From Corallococcus coralloides (GTDB lineage Bacteria > Myxococcota > Myxococcia > Myxococcales > Myxococcaceae): 64,000 bases of DNA. Below, in pieces: positions 57,370 to 64,000 of this stretch. Position 1 is the stretch's first letter; each line of letters begins with the position of its first letter. The translations under genes and the position numbers were made by a program. The notes under the pieces are model-generated. The model was not told the origin of the DNA. It was given only the letters and a program-made list of their open reading frames with translations, and ran no database searches. Location of the stretch: NCBI RefSeq assembly GCF_004104415.1, contig NZ_CP034669.1. One strand, given 5' to 3'.

Positions 57370-58617
57370 GTGGGCACGGGTTCCTCGACAGACTGGCGTC
57401 AGCGGCGCGCGCGCAGGCAGCGTGGGCCCTTGCGCTATCTGGTGGCGGGCATCCTGGCGCTCCTGGCCCAGGCCGCCTTCGTGGGCTTCGTGCTCCTGGT
57501 GTCGGCCGTGCAGGGGAACCTCCCGCATGAGAAGCGCCCCGCGCGGCCCACGTCCGTGGCGGTGAGGCCGCTCACGTCGGACCAGTGGGCGAAGAACCGG
57601 GGGGCGGTGTCCCCGCGGCAGCAGACGAAGCCCCGCCCCACGGAGAAGCGCGAGCCGAAGGAAGAGAAGAAGCCGGACGAGACGAAGCCCCAGGGCCAGG
57701 TGGTGGACGTGGCGCCGGGGAATGATCAGCAGTCCCCGGACGCGAAGTACCTGGCCGAGCACAACAACACGGTGGAGAAGGAGACGCGCGCGCGCGACCA
57801 GACGGCCTTCTACCGCAACGCCATGCCCCAGAAGACCGCGCCCCAGAAGCAGGAGGGCGCGGCGCAGGACCAGGTGCAGCCCCCGCGCGTGTCCGGCAAC
57901 AACGGCACGGGCGCGGACGACCGGGCCCAGTCCCAGGGTGGCAAGAAGCCCGTCTTCGAGATGCCGGAGACGCGCCGCAAGCAGGAGATCGCCATGAAGA
58001 CGGATCCGCGCGAGCGCGGCCCGGGCATGGCGGTGGAGAACCAGTCGGAGAGCGACGCCACGCAAGGCAACGCCAAGCGCCTGCGCATCCAGCCCGGCCA
58101 GGGAGAGGAGAGCGAGCAGGAGGGCTCCACGGGCCGCGTGGGTTCCCCGGGCCTGGCCACGCTGATGCCGTCGCAGGCGGCCATGGACAAGGTCGTGGGC
58201 GCGGCGCCCAACGACATGCTCCAGGACCAGGAGGAGGGCGACGGCACCTTCCTCAACACGCGCGAGTGGAAGTACGCCAGCTTCTTCAATCGCGTGAAGC
58301 AGAGCGTGGGGATGCACTGGAACCCCAACGAGCAGCTGCGCATGCGCGACCCGACGGGGGACATCTACTCCGGACGCGACCGCCAGACGCTGCTCACCAT
58401 CACCCTGGACGAGCGCGGCGCGGTGAAGGACATCCAGGTGGAGAAGAGCAGCGGCCTGGACTTCCTGGACATGGAGGCCGTGGCGTCCTTCAAGCGCGCG
58501 CAGCCCTTCCCCAACCCGCCGTCCGGCCTGTTGAGCCAGGACGCGACGGTGCGCTTCCAGTTCGGCTTCTTCCTGGAGATGGGCGGCGGCCCCCGGATGC
58601 GGCTGTTCCGACAGTAG
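57370..58617 (+). CDS. TonB-family protein (C-terminal TonB domain)
   Basis: 415 aa; N-terminal TM anchor, Pro/Lys/Glu-rich spacer, C-terminal TonB-C. Confidence 0.75.
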   Translation: MGTGSSTDWRQRRARRQRGPLRYLVAGILALLAQAAFVGFVLLVSAVQGNLPHEKRPARPTSVAVRPLTSDQWAKNRGAVSPRQQTKPRPTEKREPKEEKKPDETKPQGQVVDVAPGNDQQSPDAKYLAEHNNTVEKETRARDQTAFYRNAMPQKTAPQKQEGAAQDQVQPPRVSGNNGTGADDRAQSQGGKKPVFEMPETRRKQEIAMKTDPRERGPGMAVENQSESDATQGNAKRLRIQPGQGEESEQEGSTGRVGSPGLATLMPSQAAMDKVVGAAPNDMLQDQEEGDGTFLNTREWKYASFFNRVKQSVGMHWNPNEQLRMRDPTGDIYSGRDRQTLLTITLDERGAVKDIQVEKSSGLDFLDMEAVASFKRAQPFPNPPSGLLSQDATVRFQFGFFLEMGGGPRMRLFRQ

Positions 58618-58636
58618 GCCCCACGGAGTCCTCGCG

Positions 58637-59569
58637 GTGGACGGCGCGGAGGCACTACCCTGCCCCGCCGTGGAAGCCTCTCTTGTCGACCGTAGCGCCG
58701 CGCTCCAGGAGCGCAACCGGAAGGTCCGCTTCGTCCTGTTGGCCATCCTCGTGGCCAACTGGGTGGTGGCCGTGGCCAAGCTCGTCTTCGGCCTCATGGC
58801 CCAGTCCGCGTCGGTGACGGCGGACGGGTTGCACTCGTTCATTGACGGCAGCTCCAACGTGCTGGGCCTGGTCGCCATGGGCGTCGCGTCGCAGCCGGCG
58901 GACGCGGACCACCCCTACGGCCACGGCAAGTTCGAGGCGCTCGCGTCGCTGGGCATCGGCGCGATGATTGGCGTGGGCATGCTGGAGCTGGGGCGCATGG
59001 CGTTCGACTCGCTCCTGCACGACAAGCACCCCACGGTGTCCGTGACGATGGCCGCGGTGATGGGCTTCACCCTCGTCATCAACCTCATCGTCACCCGCGT
59101 GGAGCGGCACTACGGGCAGAAGTACAAGAGCTCGCTGCTACTCGCGGACGCGCAGCACACGCTGTCGGACGTGTTCGTGACCATCGCCGTGCTCGGCTCC
59201 ATTGGGCTGGTGGCGCTGGGCTTCCCGCGCGCGGACGGGCTGGTGGCCCTGGCCGTGATGGTCTTCGTGGCGCGGGTGGCCTACGGCATCGTCCGGCAGG
59301 CGGTGGGCATCCTCTCCGACACCGCGCGCCTGGACCCGGCGCAGGTGTCCCAGCACACGCTGGCGGTGGCCGGCGTGCGCTCCTGCCGCGACGTGCGCAG
59401 CCGGGGCATGGAGGAGAGCGTCTACGTGGACCTGAAGATTGAAGTCGACCCGCAGCTCACCACCGCGCAGGCCCACGAAGTGGCCGACAAGGTGGAGGAG
59501 ACGCTGCACGGCGCCTATCCGCAGGTGGTGGACGTGGTGGTCCACGTGGAGCCCACGAGGGCTCACTAG
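58637..59569 (+). CDS. Cation diffusion facilitator (CDF) family metal efflux transporter
   Basis: 310 aa; 6 TM, HSF.DG signature and C-terminal cytoplasmic domain. Confidence 0.85.
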   Translation: MDGAEALPCPAVEASLVDRSAALQERNRKVRFVLLAILVANWVVAVAKLVFGLMAQSASVTADGLHSFIDGSSNVLGLVAMGVASQPADADHPYGHGKFEALASLGIGAMIGVGMLELGRMAFDSLLHDKHPTVSVTMAAVMGFTLVINLIVTRVERHYGQKYKSSLLLADAQHTLSDVFVTIAVLGSIGLVALGFPRADGLVALAVMVFVARVAYGIVRQAVGILSDTARLDPAQVSQHTLAVAGVRSCRDVRSRGMEESVYVDLKIEVDPQLTTAQAHEVADKVEETLHGAYPQVVDVVVHVEPTRAH

Positions 59570-59636
59570 AAACACGAGGGCCGCCTTCCGATGCGCTGGA
59601 AGACGGCCCCGGTGCTGCGTCAGTGAATCGCGAGCG

Positions 59637-62540
59637 TCACGCGACCTTCTGCGCGGGCGTGTCGTAGTCCTCGATGGGAGGGCACGAGCACACGAGCTTG
59701 CGGTCGCCGAGCACGTTGTTCAGGCGTCCCACGGACGGCCAGAACTTGTTGTCCCGGACCCACGGCGTGGGGAACACGGCCTGCTCGCGGGTGTACGGGC
59801 GGTTCCACTCCGGCGCGGTGAGCGTGCGCGCGGTGTGCGGCGCGTTCTTCAGGACGTTGTTGTCCTTGGGCACGCGGCCCTCCTCCACGTCGCGGATCTC
59901 CTGGCGGATGGCGATCATCGCGTCGCAGAAGCGATCCAGCTCCGCCTTGGACTCGGACTCCGTGGGCTCGATCATCAGCGTGCCCGCCACCGGGAACGAC
60001 ACGGTGGGCGCGTGGAAGCCGTAGTCCATCAGGCGCTTGGCCACGTCCTCCACCTCCACGCCCGCGGTCTTCTTGAGCGGGCGCAGGTCCACGATGCACT
60101 CGTGGGCCACCCGGCCGCGCTTGCCCCGGTAGAGCACCGGGTAGTGCGGCTGGAGCCGCTCCGCGACGTAGTTGGCGTTGAGGATGGCCATCTTCGTGGC
60201 CTGCGTCAGGCCCTCGCCGCCCATCATCTGGATGTACATCCAGGAGATGAGCAGGATGCTCGCGCTGCCCCACGGCGCCGCGGAGATGGCGCCGATGGCG
60301 TCCGCCCCGCCCGTCTGGATGACGGGGTGCCCGGGGAGGAACTTCACCAGGTGGGACGCGACGCAGATGGGGCCCATGCCCGGGCCGCCACCGCCGTGCG
60401 GGATGCAGAACGTCTTGTGCAGGTTGATGTGGCAGACGTCCGCGCCCACCAGGCCCGGCGCGGTGAGGCCCACCTGCGCGTTGAGGTTGGCGCCGTCCAT
60501 GTACACCTGGCCGCCGCGCTCGTGGATGGTGGAGCAGATCTCCCGGATCTCCTCCTCGAACACGCCGTGCGTGGAGGGGTACGTCACCATCAGCGCGGCC
60601 AGGTTGTCCTTGTGCTGGTCCGCCTTGGCGCGCAGGTCGCTCAGGTCGATGTTGCCGTTCTCGTCGCACTTCGTGACGACGACGCGGTAGCCGGCCATCA
60701 CCGCGGAGGCCGGGTTGGTGCCGTGCGCGGAGGACGGGATGAGGCACACGTCGCGGTGCCCCTGCCCGCGCGCCTGGTGGTAGGCGCGAATCACGAGCAG
60801 GCCCGTGTACTCACCCTGGCTGCCCGCGTTGGGCTGCAGCGAGCACCCGGCGAAGCCCGTCACCTGCGACAGCGCGTTCTCCAGCTGCTCGAAGACGACC
60901 TTGTAGCCGGCCGCCTGCGAGGTGGGCGCGAACGGGTGCAGCTTGCTGAACTGGGGCCACGTCACCGGGATCATCTCCGCGGTGGCGTTGAGCTTCATGG
61001 TGCAGCTGCCCAGCGGAATCATGGAGTGCGTGAGGGACAGGTCCTTCGCCTCCAGCCGGCGCACGTACCGCAGCATCTCCGTCTCGGAGTGGTAGCGGTT
61101 GAAGACGGGGTGCGTGAGGTACGCGCTCGTGCGGCGCAGCTCGGGGGCGAGCGGGCTCTCCAGGCCTTCGGCGACCTCGTCCAGGTTCACCGGGGACGCG
61201 GACTTGTTCGCGCCCTGGATGAAGGCCGCGAGGATGTCCTCCACGTCCCTGGCGCGCGTCGTCTCGTCCAGCGACAGGCCGAGCGTCTTCTCGTCGATGC
61301 GGCGGAAGTTCATCTTCGCGCCTTCCGCGGCGGCCAGCACGCCCCGCACCTGCGCGGCCGTCAGCTCCACGCGCAGCGTGTCGAAGAACTGCTCGTGCTT
61401 CGGCTTGAAGCCCAGCTTCGCCAGGCCGCGCGACAGCACCACGGTGAGCCCGTGCACGCGCTCCGCGATGGCCTTGAGCCCCTGGGGCCCGTGGTAGACG
61501 GCGTACATGCCGGCCATCACGGCCAGCAGCACCTGCGCGGTGCAGATGTTGCTCGTGGCCTTCTCACGGCGGATGTGCTGCTCGCGCGTCTGCAGCGCCA
61601 TGCGCAGCGCGGGCCGGCCCCCCGAGTCCTCGGACACGCCGATGAGGCGGCCCGGCATCACGCGGGTGTAGGCGTGCTTCGTGGCGAAGTAGGCGGCGTG
61701 CGGGCCGCCGTAGCCCAGCGGCACGCCGAAGCGCTGCGCGCTGCCCACCACCGCGTCCGCGCCGAACTCGCCCGGCGCCGCGAGCAGCGTGAGGGACAGC
61801 AGGTCCGCCGCGACGACGAGCAGGCCGCCCGCCGCGTGCACCTTCTCACCGAAGGCGCGGTAGTCGTGCACCACGCCGTCCGTGGCCGGGTACTGCACCA
61901 GCGCGCCGAAGAACTTCTTCTGGGACAGGTCCACCGTGCGGTGGTCGCCCACGACGACCTCCACGCCCAGCGGGAGGGCGCGCGTGCGCACCACCTCCAC
62001 CGTCTGCGGGTGGCAGCCGTCGGAGACGAAGAACGCGCCCCCGTCGCCTGTGCCCTTGGCGTGCAGCGCGAGCCCCATGGCCTCCGCCGCGGCGGTGCCT
62101 TCATCCAGCATGGAGGCGTTGGCCACCTCCATGCCGGTGAGGTCCGTCACCATCGTCTGGTAGTTGAGCAGCGCTTCCAGCCGGCCCTGGGCGATCTCCG
62201 CCTGGTAGGGCGTGTACTGGGTGTACCAGCCCGGGTTCTGGAAGATGTTGCGCAGGATGACGTTGGGGACGTGGGTGTCGCTGTAGCCCATGCCGATGAA
62301 GGACCGGAACACCTGGTTCTTCGCGGCGATGGCCTCCAGCTGCGCCAGCACCTCGTTCTCACCCTTGCCCGCGGGCAGCCGCAGGGGCTCCGGGGAGCGG
62401 ATGACGGACGGCACGGTGGACTCCACGAAGGCGTCCAGCGAGTCCACGCCCAGCGTGGACAGCATCTGCTTCACTTCAGGGGTCTCCGGGCCGATGTGCC
62501 GGCCGGCGAAGGACTCCTGGTACTTCCAGTTGAGGGACAT
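59637..62540 (-). CDS. gcvP: Glycine dehydrogenase (decarboxylating), glycine cleavage P protein
   Basis: Single-chain P-protein. Track ORF 988 aa from 62603; conserved start [18 protein letters not shown] at residue 22, position by ORF arithmetic. Confidence 0.93.
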   Translation of the reverse strand: MSLNWKYQESFAGRHIGPETPEVKQMLSTLGVDSLDAFVESTVPSVIRSPEPLRLPAGKGENEVLAQLEAIAAKNQVFRSFIGMGYSDTHVPNVILRNIFQNPGWYTQYTPYQAEIAQGRLEALLNYQTMVTDLTGMEVANASMLDEGTAAAEAMGLALHAKGTGDGGAFFVSDGCHPQTVEVVRTRALPLGVEVVVGDHRTVDLSQKKFFGALVQYPATDGVVHDYRAFGEKVHAAGGLLVVAADLLSLTLLAAPGEFGADAVVGSAQRFGVPLGYGGPHAAYFATKHAYTRVMPGRLIGVSEDSGGRPALRMALQTREQHIRREKATSNICTAQVLLAVMAGMYAVYHGPQGLKAIAERVHGLTVVLSRGLAKLGFKPKHEQFFDTLRVELTAAQVRGVLAAAEGAKMNFRRIDEKTLGLSLDETTRARDVEDILAAFIQGANKSASPVNLDEVAEGLESPLAPELRRTSAYLTHPVFNRYHSETEMLRYVRRLEAKDLSLTHSMIPLGSCTMKLNATAEMIPVTWPQFSKLHPFAPTSQAAGYKVVFEQLENALSQVTGFAGCSLQPNAGSQGEYTGLLVIRAYHQARGQGHRDVCLIPSSAHGTNPASAVMAGYRVVVTKCDENGNIDLSDLRAKADQHKDNLAALMVTYPSTHGVFEEEIREICSTIHERGGQVYMDGANLNAQVGLTAPGLVGADVCHINLHKTFCIPHGGGGPGMGPICVASHLVKFLPGHPVIQTGGADAIGAISAAPWGSASILLISWMYIQMMGGEGLTQATKMAILNANYVAERLQPHYPVLYRGKRGRVAHECIVDLRPLKKTAGVEVEDVAKRLMDYGFHAPTVSFPVAGTLMIEPTESESKAELDRFCDAMIAIRQEIRDVEEGRVPKDNNVLKNAPHTARTLTAPEWNRPYTREQAVFPTPWVRDNKFWPSVGRLNNVLGDRKLVCSCPPIEDYDTPAQKVA

Positions 62541-62650
62541 GGTCGAAGGGCTCGCGTGAGGTGCGTTGGGAAGTTCGGCGTCCGAGCGGGCTCGGCACTC
62601 CATGGAGCGTCTCTAACAACCGGGACGCCCGACTTCTTGCGCGCGCGGAA

Positions 62651-63037
62651 CTACTCCTTGATGAGCTTCTCGTAGGCGGCGGCGTCCAGCAGGTTGCTCA
62701 GCTGCCCGGCGTCCGAGAGCTCGATCTCCACGATCCACCCGTCCCCGTACGGCTCCGTGTTGATGAGCTCCGGCTCCCCCACGAGCGCGTCGTTCACCTT
62801 CACCACCTTGCCGGAGATGGGGGCGAACAGATCCGACACGGCCTTGACGGACTCGACGGCGCCGAACGAGCCGCCGGCCTTCACCTCGGCGCCCAGCTTG
62901 GGCAGCTCCACGTAGACGATGTCGCCCAGCGTGCTCTGGGCGTGGTGGGTGATGCCCACCGTCACGATCTTGCCCGAGACGCGGGCCCACTCGTGCTCCT
63001 CGGTGTACTTCAGGTCCTGCGGGACGTTGTCGGACAT
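62651..63037 (-). CDS. gcvH: Glycine cleavage system H protein
   Basis: 128 aa; lipoyl-lysine motif ESVKAVSDLFAP. Confidence 0.95.
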   Translation of the reverse strand: MSDNVPQDLKYTEEHEWARVSGKIVTVGITHHAQSTLGDIVYVELPKLGAEVKAGGSFGAVESVKAVSDLFAPISGKVVKVNDALVGEPELINTEPYGDGWIVEIELSDAGQLSNLLDAAAYEKLIKE

Positions 63038-63077
63038 GGGGTTTCAGCTCCTCACAACAGGTGTGGAAGGAAGGAAA

Positions 63078-64000
63078 TCAGGACTTCTTGAGGAAGGGGG
63101 TCTTCACGACGACGGCGGGCACGGCGCGGCCGCGGATGTCCACGTCGAAGGTGGAGCCTTCCGCGGCGAGGTTCGCCGGCACGTAGGCCATGCCGATGGA
63201 CTTCTTCACCGAGGGGCCCATGGTGCCGCTCGTCACCTCGCCCACGCGCTCGCCGTTCTTGAGGACGGGGTAGCCGTGGCGGGGGATGCCCTTGTCGGTG
63301 AGCTCGAAGCCCACCAGCTTGCGCGGCACGCCCGCGGCCTTCTGCGCGGCGAGCGCGTCCTTGCCGATGAAGCCGCCCGCCTTGTCCAGCTTGACGATCC
63401 ACCCCAGGCCCGCCTCCAGGGCGGTGTGCGAGTCGTCGATGTCGTTGCCGTACAGCGCGTACTTCATCTCCGTGCGCAGCGAGTCACGCGCGCCCAGGCC
63501 GCAGGGCTTCACGCCGTCCGGCTGCCCGGCCTCCAGGAGCGCGTCCCAGAGCTTCACGGCGTCGCCCGCGGCGCAGTACAGCTCGAAGCCGTCCTCACCG
63601 GTGTAGCCCGTGCGGGAGATGATGGCCTTCACGCCGGCCACCTCCCCTTCCGTGAAGCGGTAGGTGCCCACCTGGGACAGGTCCGACTTCGTCAGGCGCT
63701 GCACCAGCCCCACGGCCTTGGGGCCCTGGACGGCGATCTGCGCGTACTCGTCGCTCCTGTCCACGGGCTTGACGCCCTCCGCGCGCGCGCTCATCCAGGC
63801 GAAGTCCTTCTCGCGGTTGCTGGAGTTGACGCAGATGAGGATGCGCTCGGGGCTGAAGCGGTAGGCGACGACGTCATCCACGAAGCCGCCCAGGTCGTTG
63901 AGCAGGCCCGCGTAGACGGCCTGGCCGTCCTGGATGCGGGAGAGGTCGTTGGAGATGAGCCGGTTCACGGTCTCCAGGGCGCCCGGGCCGGTGAACTCGA
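63078..64000 (-). CDS. gcvT: Aminomethyltransferase (glycine cleavage T protein), N-terminus beyond window end
   Basis: C-terminal about 300 aa of GcvT; ORF has no stop before the window end. Confidence 0.9.
   Translation of the reverse strand, partial: EFTGPGALETVNRLISNDLSRIQDGQAVYAGLLNDLGGFVDDVVAYRFSPERILICVNSSNREKDFAWMSARAEGVKPVDRSDEYAQIAVQGPKAVGLVQRLTKSDLSQVGTYRFTEGEVAGVKAIISRTGYTGEDGFELYCAAGDAVKLWDALLEAGQPDGVKPCGLGARDSLRTEMKYALYGNDIDDSHTALEAGLGWIVKLDKAGGFIGKDALAAQKAAGVPRKLVGFELTDKGIPRHGYPVLKNGERVGEVTSGTMGPSVKKSIGMAYVPANLAAEGSTFDVDIRGRAVPAVVVKTPFLKKS

Overview
High-GC (about 68-70%) chromosome segment, best guess a myxobacterium of the Myxococcus/Corallococcus type. Its backbone is the conserved translation/transcription core: tRNA-Thr/Gly/Tyr/Thr, tuf, rpmG, tRNA-Trp, secE, nusG, rplKAJL and rpoBC. 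These are flanked by glyQS, recO, a PEGA-domain Ser/Thr kinase, rlmB, hrpB, asd, fdxA, an acyl-CoA dehydrogenase, tRNA-Cys and the glycine-cleavage genes gcvT(partial)/gcvH/gcvP. All real genes from 1 to about 41.4 kb lie on the minus strand. The large plus-strand ORFs in that region are antisense shadows typical of high-GC DNA.

The most interesting part is 1..9.1 kb, a Tad/Cpa-like secretion module with no pilin or inner-membrane platform genes in the window. It comprises a CpaF-type ATPase with an N-terminal FHA domain, a CpaC/RcpA-type secretin, an A24 prepilin peptidase, two further FHA-domain proteins and two large translationally coupled lipoproteins. This architecture matches what I recall of cluster 1 of the Myxococcus xanthus Kil contact-dependent prey-killing apparatus, which also sits near rpoBC. 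I treat it as a Kil-like, FHA-regulated Tad-derived machine. The two lipoproteins and the FHA/kinase wiring are the least understood parts.

Other points:
- A tandem pair of RlaP/YcgL-like nucleotidyltransferases is coupled by an ATGA overlap and followed by a PfkB kinase.
- Two secreted lipoproteins (a Cys-rich VWA protein and a beta-helix protein) have signal peptides separated from their mature domains by frameshifts in G/C homopolymers.
- A FliK-like Flg_hook domain protein is present.

No CRISPR array, integrase or transposase was seen.
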